DNA of 64,000 bases from an uncultured Patescibacteria group bacterium (GTDB taxonomy: Bacteria > Patescibacteriota > Patescibacteriia > Veblenbacterales > UBA10138), in contig CALFUV010000004.1 in the NCBI GenBank assembly GCA_937929825.1, positions 1,042 to 65,041 of the forward strand, read 5' to 3'. Each line of letters begins with the position of its first letter. The stretch's first letter is position 1. Shown piece by piece: positions 53,793 to 64,000 of this stretch. A program made the translations under genes and the position numbers. The notes beneath the pieces were generated by a model. The model was given only the letters and a program-made list of their open reading frames with translations, had not been told where the DNA came from and did not search any database.

Positions 53793-54245
53793 TTATAATG
53801 TTTGTTGATTAGGTGTAAAATTTGGCTTTGTCCGACGCTTACGCACCACTTTCAAACGTGCTAATTCCTTTTCCAATTTAGCAGCCAAAGCAGCGTAATC
53901 TGTACTTTCTGCTGTTCGCTGTTGTTGCATAAGTTGACGGGCACGGACACGAGCTTCCTCAGCTCTCTTCTCGTCTATTTCCTCTGCCCTCTCGGCTGTA
54001 TCTGCCAAAACCGTAACTTTACTTGGACTAACTTCAATAAAACCACCGGAAACTGCCAAAAATATTTCCTCACCACCAATTCTTACTATCATCTCACCTG
54101 GCACTAAATTAGCCACTAAAGGCAAATGATCCGGCAAAATAGTAATTTCGCCCATTTCAGTGGGCAGAGTAATAGATTCAACTGCTGAGGCGCTAAAAAC
54201 CACACGTTCAGGAGTAGCGATTTGAAATTTAATAGTTTTAGCCAT
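53793..54245 (-). CDS. atpC: ATP synthase epsilon subunit
   Basis: IATPER, GEITILPDHLP, VSGGF, LADTAE. Confidence 0.96.
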   Translation of the reverse strand: MAKTIKFQIATPERVVFSASAVESITLPTEMGEITILPDHLPLVANLVPGEMIVRIGGEEIFLAVSGGFIEVSPSKVTVLADTAERAEEIDEKRAEEARVRARQLMQQQRTAESTDYAALAAKLEKELARLKVVRKRRTKPNFTPNQQTL

Positions 54246-54249
54246 TATA

Positions 54250-54582
54250 TTAAAATTTATTTTTATTTATAATAGAAAATTGATCTTTGGCCTCATTTAT
54301 CATTTTCAAAATACTATCATCTGATATTGTAACATTAGAAGAAAAACTTAAATAACCAACGGTATTTTTAACTAAAGATAATAATTGATCATCAGAAGTT
54401 TCGGGATTATTATTAACTATTCTAACTAAATCAGAGGCCAAATTAAAACAACGTATTTTCATAGAATTATCATCCATACCCGCAGATAATTTGTAAGCTA
54501 ATAAATCTGCTACTAAAACTACTGGCTTATCTGTTTTTTCTTTACTGTTATCGTCTTGATTAGAGAGTTGTTCTATAGTCAT
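54250..54582 (-). CDS. Hypothetical protein inserted between atpD and atpC
   Basis: 110-aa ORF filling the gap, same strand, 4 bp from atpC. Confidence 0.6.
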   Translation of the reverse strand: MTIEQLSNQDDNSKEKTDKPVVLVADLLAYKLSAGMDDNSMKIRCFNLASDLVRIVNNNPETSDDQLLSLVKNTVGYLSFSSNVTISDDSILKMINEAKDQFSIINKNKF

Positions 54583-54601
54583 AACTTATAAAACTATAAA
54601 T

Positions 54602-55978
<1,377 letters not shown>

Positions 55979-56035
55979 TTAATTAATGATCTTGAATAAT
56001 GAATTAATAATGATGTTAATATTTATAATTTGCAA

Positions 56036-56968
56036 TTATCCTTCAACTGCTACTCTGCCTCCGGTAATATCTGCCAGTTCTGCAGTGATAGCCGCCTGAC
56101 GCGCTTGGTTAAAAGCCAGAGTCAATGAATCTATCATCTCTTTAGCGGCATCGGAAGCATTGCGCATAGACATCATGCGGGCTGAATGCTCGGAAGCATC
56201 TGATTCCAACAAGGCTTGATAAATTTGTATTTCAATCAAACGGGGCAAAAGATTATTCAATACTTTTTCAGGTGATGGTTCAAACTTATATTCATAATTA
56301 AAGCGATTTTGTTTTATATCTTCCTTTACAGGAGTTGTTTGAGTAGCCCGGGCCTGGCCCAAATATTCATCCGATTCCTCTTCCATGGGTAATATCTGTT
56401 TAAGACGCGGCCTTTGGTTAACCGGGGAAATAAAATCTGTATAAGCAATGACTACGCGATCATATTTACCGGCCAAATAATCAGTAATAGCTAGTTTAGC
56501 CACTGGCGTGATTTCTTCAATTTTGGTAGTAATATCTGGCTTAGTAAACTCAGCAGTTATATCATAACCTAAACGCCAGGCAATATCTCTACCTCTACGA
56601 CCAATTGCTATTAAACTAACTGTTAATTCAGGCTCTAGCCGTTGTTCTTTGATAATATACTGATGAGCTTTATTAACCAGTTGATGATTAAATCCAGCAC
56701 ATAGTCCCCGATTGGAAGATACCAGAATAATTCCTAAACTTTTTACCGGATAACGTTTGATCAATAAAGAGTGTTGTGAAGAATCTGTGCGAGATGAAAG
56801 TTCAGTTAATAACTGCCATGCCAACGTAGCATAAGTACGGGTAGCTAAAACATTAGCTACCGCTCGCCTCATTTTAGCTGCCGATACCAGCTCCATCGCT
56901 TTAGTAATTTGACGGGTATTTTGAATAGAGCGTATACGCCTTTTAATTTCTCTAGTTGCCTGAGGCAT
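56036..56968 (-). CDS. atpG: ATP synthase gamma subunit
   Basis: QITKAMELVSAAK, RGLCAGFN, SEHSARM, NQARQAAITAEL. Confidence 0.98.
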   Translation of the reverse strand: MPQATREIKRRIRSIQNTRQITKAMELVSAAKMRRAVANVLATRTYATLAWQLLTELSSRTDSSQHSLLIKRYPVKSLGIILVSSNRGLCAGFNHQLVNKAHQYIIKEQRLEPELTVSLIAIGRRGRDIAWRLGYDITAEFTKPDITTKIEEITPVAKLAITDYLAGKYDRVVIAYTDFISPVNQRPRLKQILPMEEESDEYLGQARATQTTPVKEDIKQNRFNYEYKFEPSPEKVLNNLLPRLIEIQIYQALLESDASEHSARMMSMRNASDAAKEMIDSLTLAFNQARQAAITAELADITGGRVAVEG

Positions 56969-57008
56969 ATTAATAAATTAAAAATTTAAATCTAAATATA
57001 AATACAAT

Positions 57009-58505
57009 CTACATTTTCTTAAAATCATCAATAGCTTGCTTAAGTCTTTCTTCTATCTCCGAAGTTAGTTCTTTATGTTCAGACAATTCTTTAAGAACGG
57101 CTTGACCTTTCATAAACTGGTGGAATCTTTTTTCCCAATCTTTTACCATTTCAACTGGTATATCATCAAGATAACCATTAGTCACGGCGTATAATATAGC
57201 TACCTGGTGTTCAACCGGCATCGGTTCATACTGACCTTGCTTTAAAATTTCAGTAACACGCTTACCGCGCTCTATCTGCTGTTTAGTAATCTCATCCAAA
57301 TCAGAACCAAACTGCGCAAAAGCAGCCACGTTTCTATATTGTGCCAAATCTAAACGCAGACGTCCGGCAACTTTTTTCATAGCTTTCACTTGCGCCGCAC
57401 TACCTACACGCGATACTGATAAACCAACATTTAAAGCCGGCCTTATACCTTGGTAAAACAAATCACTTTCCAAATAAATCTGTCCGTCGGTGATGGAAAT
57501 AACATTAGTAGGAATATAAGCCGAAACATCACCGGTTTGAGTTTCAATTATCGGTAAAGCAGTCAAACTGCCACCTCCATAATTTTTGTTAAGCTTAGCG
57601 GCCCGTTCTAAAAGGCGTGAATGCAAATAGAAAATATCACCCGGATACGCTTCTCTACCCGGGGGCCGTCGCAACAATAATGAAACCTGCCGATAAGCTA
57701 CCGCGTGTTTAGAAAGATCATCATAAATAACCAAAACATCTTGACCCTTATCCATAAAATACTCACCCATGGCGCAGCCGGCATAAGGGGCTAAGAAAGC
57801 TAAAGAAGCCGGATCTGATGCTCCAGCTACCACCACAGTAGTATATTTCATGGCTTCACGCTCTTTAAGTTTAGCTACTAATCTAGCTACTTTTGATTCT
57901 TTTTGACCTATTGCCACGTAAATACAAATTACATTTTGTCCCGCTTGATTAATAATCGTATCAATAGCCAAAGCTGTTTTGCCTGTTTGCCTATCACCAA
58001 TAATAAGTTCACGTTGCCCCCGGCCAATTGGAATCATGGAATCAATGGCTTTTATGCCGGTTTGTAATGGTGTATTAACACCCTGTCTGGTAATAACCCG
58101 CGGAGCAATACGTTCCACCGGATAAATATCCTCAGCTTTTATAGGCCCCTCGCCATCTAACGGTTCACCTAAAGGATTAACCACTCGCCCAACCACACCT
58201 TTGCCAACCGGAACGGAAAGAACTTTACCGGTTGACTTTACTATATCGCCTTCTTTTATTTCCAAATAATCACCCAAAATTATGGCTCCAACCTGACTTT
58301 CTTCCAAATTTAAAGCCACACCCTTAACTCCTTTAGAAAATTCCAACATTTCAGAGGCTAAACAATCTTTAAGACCGGCAATACGAGCGATGCCGTCACC
58401 CACCTCGATCACTGTACCAACTTTATCAGTACTAATCTTAGACTCAAAACCCTTAAGCTCAGCTTCTAATGTTTGTAAGAGAGAATTAGTATTTATTTCT
58501 GACAT
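57009..58505 (-). CDS. atpA: ATP synthase alpha subunit
   Basis: [32 protein letters not shown]. Confidence 0.99.
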   Translation of the reverse strand: MSEINTNSLLQTLEAELKGFESKISTDKVGTVIEVGDGIARIAGLKDCLASEMLEFSKGVKGVALNLEESQVGAIILGDYLEIKEGDIVKSTGKVLSVPVGKGVVGRVVNPLGEPLDGEGPIKAEDIYPVERIAPRVITRQGVNTPLQTGIKAIDSMIPIGRGQRELIIGDRQTGKTALAIDTIINQAGQNVICIYVAIGQKESKVARLVAKLKEREAMKYTTVVVAGASDPASLAFLAPYAGCAMGEYFMDKGQDVLVIYDDLSKHAVAYRQVSLLLRRPPGREAYPGDIFYLHSRLLERAAKLNKNYGGGSLTALPIIETQTGDVSAYIPTNVISITDGQIYLESDLFYQGIRPALNVGLSVSRVGSAAQVKAMKKVAGRLRLDLAQYRNVAAFAQFGSDLDEITKQQIERGKRVTEILKQGQYEPMPVEHQVAILYAVTNGYLDDIPVEMVKDWEKRFHQFMKGQAVLKELSEHKELTSEIEERLKQAIDDFKKM

Positions 58506-58529
58506 AAATCTATTTATTGATTATATAAT

Positions 58530-58940
58530 TTAATAATTATCATCACCGGCCAGTTTCTTATACAAAGAATCAAGCCTGCCTTTTAAAGAACCATCATAAC
58601 GTTCATGGTCAAAAGTAATTACCACGCCGGCCAAAAGATGAGGTTTAACAGTACAAACAAGTTCCACTGGTTGACCAATACTCTTTTGTAATTCACTCAC
58701 TAAATTATCTTTTTGCTTTTTATCTAAATCACGCGGAGTGTAAATTTCTACTAATTTTAGGCCTGACTGAATCCTTTCTAAAGAACGTACCTCAGACAAA
58801 ATCTGATGCTTCCATTTAATGTGCCCTCGTCGCCAAACTAACCGCCAAAAATTACTTGCTATTTTTACCCGCTCCGCAGACGGCACAGATTGTGCGGCAG
58901 ATAAATAAACTTTGGCATAATCTTTGGGAGTAATTTTCAT
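58530..58940 (-). CDS. atpH: ATP synthase delta subunit (short)
   Basis: Position in operon; YAK.Y N-terminus, LLAGVVI...YDGSLKGRL. Confidence 0.88.
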   Translation of the reverse strand: MKITPKDYAKVYLSAAQSVPSAERVKIASNFWRLVWRRGHIKWKHQILSEVRSLERIQSGLKLVEIYTPRDLDKKQKDNLVSELQKSIGQPVELVCTVKPHLLAGVVITFDHERYDGSLKGRLDSLYKKLAGDDNY

Positions 58941-59449
58941 AATTTTGACCTCCGGCGACCAACTTCTTCCACCGCCTCATTAATTAATCTGCTATCAACC
59001 TCAGAAACAGGTAATTTACCTATCACCTTGGTAAGTGCTTGTGTAATAAGCCTAGCCGCCTCTTGCCTTAAATTCCTCATAGCTTTATCTTTTTCAACAT
59101 CAAACCTTTGTTTAGCTTCAGCTAAAGTTTGTTCTGCTTCAGATTTCATTTTAGCAATTATCTCTTGACGCCGATTTTCGGCTTCTTTTTCAGCTTGAAT
59201 AATAATTTCTTGAGCTTGGCGTTTGGCTTCAATCTCAGACTGCTGACGTTTAATTTCTAAATTTTTTAATTCCTCTTCTATGCGCTTAGCTTCCTGCAAG
59301 CTATTCTCTATCTTACCGCGTCGATCATCTAAAAATTTAAGCAAAGGTTTATAAAGTAATTTATAAAGCACACCTAAAACAATCAAAAAATTTACCGCTT
59401 GAGCAAGCAATAATTTCCAATCAATGCCTAGTTTAGTTAATAGTTCCAT
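58937..59449 (-). CDS. atpF: ATP synthase b subunit
   Basis: LLAQAVNF..L..L...LYKPL...LDDRR, long coiled coil. Confidence 0.95.
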   Translation of the reverse strand: MELLTKLGIDWKLLLAQAVNFLIVLGVLYKLLYKPLLKFLDDRRGKIENSLQEAKRIEEELKNLEIKRQQSEIEAKRQAQEIIIQAEKEAENRRQEIIAKMKSEAEQTLAEAKQRFDVEKDKAMRNLRQEAARLITQALTKVIGKLPVSEVDSRLINEAVEEVGRRRSKL

Positions 59450-59563
59450 AAAATAGAATTGAAAATTAGAAATCTAGAATTAGAGTATAATTTACAGCTT
59501 AAAACTGTCATCGCCGCTTCCGGCCCACCGATAAAAAGCAGTAAGCCGGGAAGCATCGACGAT

Positions 59564-59830
59564 CTAAACAAACTTAATAATCAAAGCCATAACCAAAGCA
59601 TAAATAGCAATTGCTTCACAAAAAGCAATGGCTAAAATCATAGCTGTTTGCACTTTGGAAGCAGCTTCGGGATTGCGACCAATTGATTCCATGGCCTTAG
59701 CGGCTAAACGACCTATAGCTAGGGCCGGAAAAATACCGCCAATGGCAATGGTAGCACCGGCAGCTATACTCTTTAAAGTTTCCGGATTTAGACTGGAAAC
59801 TGTTTGTACAAGTTCATTTTCTACTGCCAT
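59564..59830 (-). CDS. atpE: ATP synthase c subunit
   Basis: GRNPEA loop; AFCEAIAIY with conserved Glu. Confidence 0.97.
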   Translation of the reverse strand: MAVENELVQTVSSLNPETLKSIAAGATIAIGGIFPALAIGRLAAKAMESIGRNPEAASKVQTAMILAIAFCEAIAIYALVMALIIKFV

Positions 59831-59960
59831 ATTTTATAGACCTTTCTTAAATACCTCTTGATTCCGCTACAGATGTATCAATTTTTTATATCTGTCGGTT
59901 CAAAAGGCGATTAGTGATTAGCGCGTTTTAGCTATTAATCTAACTAAAACGCGCCAAGCT

Positions 59961-60734
59961 CTAATCATGAGCATGTTCAACTGTAGCAATAGTCAGGAAA
60001 ACAAGTGTTAATAAAGAAAAAACCAAGGCTTGAACAAAACCAACAAAAACCTCCAAAAACAAAAAAGGTATTGGGGCCAAATAAGGCACCAGAGTTGCCA
60101 CCACTATTAAAAGAACTTCACCGGCAAATACATTTCCGAAAAGACGAAAAGAGAATGAAACAACTTTGGCAACTTCTGAAATAATCTCCAAAATACCAAC
60201 AAAAAATAAAATTATGTTTTGAAAACTAAAATTTTTAAAAAGACTGCCTAAATTAATATATTTGGCGGCCTGTTTAAAAAATCCAAGAGCTGCTATACCA
60301 AAAATCTGAGTGCCCAGCACGGAAATCAAGGCAATAGCTAGGGTGGCATTAAGATCAGCTGATGTTGATCGTAAAAAAGGAACCAAAACTGGATGACCGT
60401 TATGAATCTGATTAAGACCTATGGTGCCCACACCGGGCAATAAACCAATCCAATTAGACAATAAAACAAAAAAGAAAATTGTGGCAGTGAGCGGTAAAAA
60501 TCTTTTAGCTTGTTCACGATTAGCGGTCACACTTTCAATAAAAGACAAAGCTCCTTCTAATATAACTTCTACTACATTTTGTAAACCCTGAGGCACATCA
60601 GCTAATTGACGACGGCTGATTATAAAAGCTAAACCGCAAAAAAATAAAGAAACAATTAAACCAACGAGTAACGAATTAGTAAAAGCAAAAGATCCTATGT
60701 AAAAAAGCGGTTCAGCGGCTAGCGAGATATTCAT
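59961..60734 (-). CDS. atpB: ATP synthase a subunit
   Basis: SADLNATL, SFSFRLFGNVFAGE, QALVFSLL. Confidence 0.97.
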   Translation of the reverse strand: MNISLAAEPLFYIGSFAFTNSLLVGLIVSLFFCGLAFIISRRQLADVPQGLQNVVEVILEGALSFIESVTANREQAKRFLPLTATIFFFVLLSNWIGLLPGVGTIGLNQIHNGHPVLVPFLRSTSADLNATLAIALISVLGTQIFGIAALGFFKQAAKYINLGSLFKNFSFQNIILFFVGILEIISEVAKVVSFSFRLFGNVFAGEVLLIVVATLVPYLAPIPFLFLEVFVGFVQALVFSLLTLVFLTIATVEHAHD

Positions 60735-60738
60735 ATCA

Positions 60739-61029
60739 TTATTGTTTATTCAGCTTCTTCTCGGATTTATTTTCCAAATGACTAACTGTCAAAGACGAAG
60801 AAACTATTACTTTAGTCTTTTTATAAACCAACCAAGTGGAAATTACAATGGAAAATAAAACTCCGCCAAGCAGTAACCAAGGCGAAGTAAAAAATACTTT
60901 ATCTGCTAATCTACCAGCCAAAGCTAATACCACTAACGGTATGGCTATAGTATAACCAAGCTCCCAAGCTAAAGACAAGGCCTGCCACATTGGCTTGTTT
61001 TTTATGAGTTGGTTATTTGCTTTAGACAT
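60739..61029 (-). CDS. AtpZ/AtpI family protein
   Basis: ELGYTIAIP, G..AD..F.TSPW; first gene of the atp operon; start probably 61029. Confidence 0.85.
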   Translation of the reverse strand: MSKANNQLIKNKPMWQALSLAWELGYTIAIPLVVLALAGRLADKVFFTSPWLLLGGVLFSIVISTWLVYKKTKVIVSSSLTVSHLENKSEKKLNKQ

Positions 61030-61186
61030 GCAATTAAATTTATAAAATACAAACTTCAAGCGATAAATATAACTAAATAATAATTACTTGTCAATGGTAA
61101 TTTAAAAAAATGGCTAATATTAAAGAAAAAATGTCACTTCGTAAATTAAATAACAAAATTATAAAATAAAATAATGAATTTTTTCA

Positions 61187-62254
61187 TTAATCTTCCTTTA
61201 TCCCCCTAGGCTTTTCTAGCTGTAAGGGCTCAATACCTGAAGCTGAACCTGAGATCTTTAAAACATCTTTATCTACTTTTTTTAGTTCAACATAAGCGTC
61301 GTTATAGGCATTCACCGTACTACTTAAACGTTCCCCCAATTTTTTCATATAATCCTCATAACTGGAAAGATGTTTGCCTAACAACTCCACATTTTTCCGT
61401 ATCTCTTTAGCTGATTCTTCTATTTCCATTCCACGTAGTCCTTGAAGAACAGTCTGCAAATAAGCTAAAAAAGATGTAGGTGAAACAATAATTACATGAT
61501 ACTTTCCGGCCGCACGTTGCATAAGGTTCTCTGTATCTTCTGTTGTAGCTCCAACCTTGTTAATAAGTAAATCATAATAAATTGCTTCATGAGGAATAAA
61601 CATAAACGCAAAGTCAGTTGTCCCCTCTTCTGGTTTAATATACTTTGATGTTTCTACAATACGATTTTTTAAATCACCTAAAAAAGCTTTCTCTAGTCTT
61701 TCTTTTTCAGATACATCTCGCGCTTCTATTAACCTGTTATAATTTTCCAATGAAAATTTTGAATCAATTGGTACTATCTTCTTATCTTTTTTAAGAGAAA
61801 CAAAAACAGCGGCATCAACTATACTGCCGTCTTTAAATTGATACTGCATCTTATACATCTCGGGTGGTAAAACATTCTTCAATAAAGTTTCCAAATAATA
61901 CTCACCTAATACGCCGCGTTGTTTAGGATTTTTTAAAATATCCTGCAGACTTTGTAATTGATCAGCAAAATTAATCACTTGACGGTTAGTTTCATCAAGC
62001 TTAGTTAATTTTTCGGTGACATCGCGGATAATCTTGGCACTTTCTCCAAATTGACTCTGTAAAATCTTAGTAGACTCACCCAATTTAGTATCCAAAGTTC
62101 GCCTCATTTCATTAAGTTCGTTCTGTAACATAAGTAATGATTGTCCGTCGCCTGACTGCTGTGCTTGCTTTTTTAAAGTCAAAAACAAAACAATAAATCC
62201 AACTATAACAACTACTATAAAAACGAGCGCTAAAATAATAATTTCCCATGACAT
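61187..62254 (-). CDS. rmuC: DNA recombination protein RmuC
   Basis: N-terminal TM, coiled coil, RGVLGE, PIDSKF, FMFIPHE, SPTS. Confidence 0.93.
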   Translation of the reverse strand: MSWEIIILALVFIVVVIVGFIVLFLTLKKQAQQSGDGQSLLMLQNELNEMRRTLDTKLGESTKILQSQFGESAKIIRDVTEKLTKLDETNRQVINFADQLQSLQDILKNPKQRGVLGEYYLETLLKNVLPPEMYKMQYQFKDGSIVDAAVFVSLKKDKKIVPIDSKFSLENYNRLIEARDVSEKERLEKAFLGDLKNRIVETSKYIKPEEGTTDFAFMFIPHEAIYYDLLINKVGATTEDTENLMQRAAGKYHVIIVSPTSFLAYLQTVLQGLRGMEIEESAKEIRKNVELLGKHLSSYEDYMKKLGERLSSTVNAYNDAYVELKKVDKDVLKISGSASGIEPLQLEKPRGIKED

Positions 62255-62275
62255 ACTTTTATTCTAACACTTTAA

Positions 62276-63049
62276 TTATAAAATTCCGAATAATTGACGG
62301 GCATTATAAGAAGTTGCTTTATCAACTTGTTCTAAACTAATACCTTTCAGGTCAGCAATTTTCTTAGCAACCTCCATGACATAAATCGGCTCATTACGTT
62401 TACCACGATAAGGCACAGGTGCCAAAAAGGGCGAGTCCGTCTCAATTAACAAACGTTCTAAGGGAACTAATTTAACTACCTCTAATAAATCTGATGATGA
62501 ATTTTTAAATGTTATTATACCAGTAAAAGAAATGTAAAAACCCATATTTAGCAAAGATTTAACTGTATGAGTATCACCTAAAAAACAATGGATCACTGCT
62601 CGAATATCCTGATAAGCTTGTAAAACTTGCAATAAATCATTATAAGCATCTCGACAATGCACAATTAAGGCTAGTCCTGCCTGACGAGCAATAGCTATCT
62701 GCGCCTGAAAAACTTTCATCTGAATCTGTTTTTCAGCAGTTTCCTGTCCCGGCTTAAGTCTAGCGTAATCCAAACCACATTCACCAACAGCCACTACCTT
62801 TTTTTGTTTAGTTAAGATGGATAATTTATCTAAAATTTGATCTGTAACCAAGCTAGCGTCGTGCGGATGAATACCTACACTTGAATAAATAAAATCATAC
62901 TCCTGCGCCAACTTCACAGCATAATTACTGCTCCTAAGATCAGTTCCCACATTAACTACAAATTCAAGTGTTTGTTGAGTACGGCTTAAAACTTCTGAAA
63001 AATCTGTCTGATAATCAGGAAAATCTAAATGACAATGACTATCTATCAT
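62276..63049 (-). CDS. tatD: TatD-family nuclease
   Basis: IDSHCHL, GIHPH, GECGLDY, HCRDA, HCF, ETDSPFL. Confidence 0.96.
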   Translation of the reverse strand: MIDSHCHLDFPDYQTDFSEVLSRTQQTLEFVVNVGTDLRSSNYAVKLAQEYDFIYSSVGIHPHDASLVTDQILDKLSILTKQKKVVAVGECGLDYARLKPGQETAEKQIQMKVFQAQIAIARQAGLALIVHCRDAYNDLLQVLQAYQDIRAVIHCFLGDTHTVKSLLNMGFYISFTGIITFKNSSSDLLEVVKLVPLERLLIETDSPFLAPVPYRGKRNEPIYVMEVAKKIADLKGISLEQVDKATSYNARQLFGIL

Positions 63050-63602
63050 AAATTGGAGGTAATGTTACGGGTATTTCTATACTACCAGGCATATAAGGTT
63101 GAGTATAACGAAGGATATCCGGCAAAAGTGGTACCAAAATACCAGCTAAAACCTGAAAAGCCAAAGCTAGTCTTGAAGAGTTAATAGCCTGTGAAATAAA
63201 ATCTGGTATAGTTAAATGATTATTAACTAATATCAAGGCAAGCCCTATTACAAATATACCTTCAACTATACCCAATACTCCACCCGCTAAACGGTCAATT
63301 GTTTTAAGAAAAGGTAAACGAATAAGAACAGCAAAAGATTTATCAAACAAATAAAATCCGAAACCAACTAAACGATTTATTAAAATAAAAATAACCAAAA
63401 AAGCTACTAACTTTAACCAAGGACCTTGATAATTAAAAAGTTTTTCAATTGGCCCTGCTAAATTATAGTAAAAATGACCAGCCAACCAAGCTCCGGCCAC
63501 CGTACCCACCAAACCGCCGAGGGCGTGGATAAGTCCAAACCAAAACCCAAACCACAAAAAACCAAACAAACATATTAATAATATTAAATCTAATATTGTC
63601 AT
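63039..63602 (-). CDS. cvpA: CvpA family membrane protein
   Basis: LD.I...GFWFGLI, DRLAGGVLG; multi-TM. Confidence 0.85.
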   Translation of the reverse strand: MTILDLILLICLFGFLWFGFWFGLIHALGGLVGTVAGAWLAGHFYYNLAGPIEKLFNYQGPWLKLVAFLVIFILINRLVGFGFYLFDKSFAVLIRLPFLKTIDRLAGGVLGIVEGIFVIGLALILVNNHLTIPDFISQAINSSRLALAFQVLAGILVPLLPDILRYTQPYMPGSIEIPVTLPPIYDR

Positions 63603-63606
63603 GTGT

Positions 63607-63999
63607 TTAATTATTTAAACGAGGAAATAAAGGTTGAGATTTTGTTATTTTATTTTGCCTTAAAAATTTTTCCATCTTAATAGCAGTTTCAGGCATAAAA
63701 GGTTTTAAATACCAAGCTACATCTAAGAGCATGGTACCCCATTTATCTAACAATAGTTGAATATCGGCTATTTGACCAGTTCTAGCCATTACCCATGGTT
63801 TAGTTTGATCAATCTCTACGTCTATCTCTGCCAGTAAATTAAAAACAGCCAACAAAGCTTTATCAAACTGAAAATTTCTTAAATGATATTCTATAGCCTT
63901 AGCAGTACCGCTGGTATAAGCATTAATATTTTCAGCTTGATTGAATTTTCCTTGTCCAAACCTTTCTATCATATTAGTAACACGGGAAAAAGTGTTGCC
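63607..63999 (-). CDS. metG: Methionine--tRNA ligase, C-terminal part (starts beyond right edge)
   Basis: Frame open to the edge: GNTFSRVTNM, IDQTKPW, LKPFMPETA, PLFPRL; near tatD. Confidence 0.9.
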   Translation of the reverse strand, partial: GNTFSRVTNMIERFGQGKFNQAENINAYTSGTAKAIEYHLRNFQFDKALLAVFNLLAEIDVEIDQTKPWVMARTGQIADIQLLLDKWGTMLLDVAWYLKPFMPETAIKMEKFLRQNKITKSQPLFPRLNN

Positions 64000-64000
64000 T

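Overview
AT-rich bacterial chromosomal window with hallmarks of a reduced-genome Patescibacteria (CPR, Parcubacteria-like) organism; this assignment is inferred from gene content and CPR-typical hypothetical proteins. It is mostly housekeeping. It holds mltG, pcm, a PAP2 phosphatase, mutM, a lower-glycolysis cluster (gap-pgk-eno plus two tandem gpmI), rpsB-tsf-pyrH, rpmE-prfA-prmC, rplY, rodA, dnaE, thrS, miaA and gatB. It also holds a dTTP cluster (dcd-kinase-dut-thyA-folA-tmk), secE-nusG-rplK-rplA, pheST-gyrB, a UvrD-nuclease fusion with dciA, a full F1Fo ATP synthase operon, rmuC, tatD, cvpA and the end of metG. I saw no rRNA, tRNA, CRISPR array or transposase. Three signals stand out. (1) A ~490-nt, multi-domain, highly structured candidate ncRNA between pyrH and gap (minus strand, ~13014-12520), bounded by a near-consensus promoter and an intrinsic terminator, which I cannot match to a known class. 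(2) An atypical T-box leader with a branched 5' domain before thrS. (3) A large N-terminal-HTH/transmembrane/beta-repeat protein missed by the ORF track (1754 to beyond the left edge), preceded by arrays of direct repeats. All RNA structures were paired by eye and all protein assignments come from recognised motifs, not database searches.
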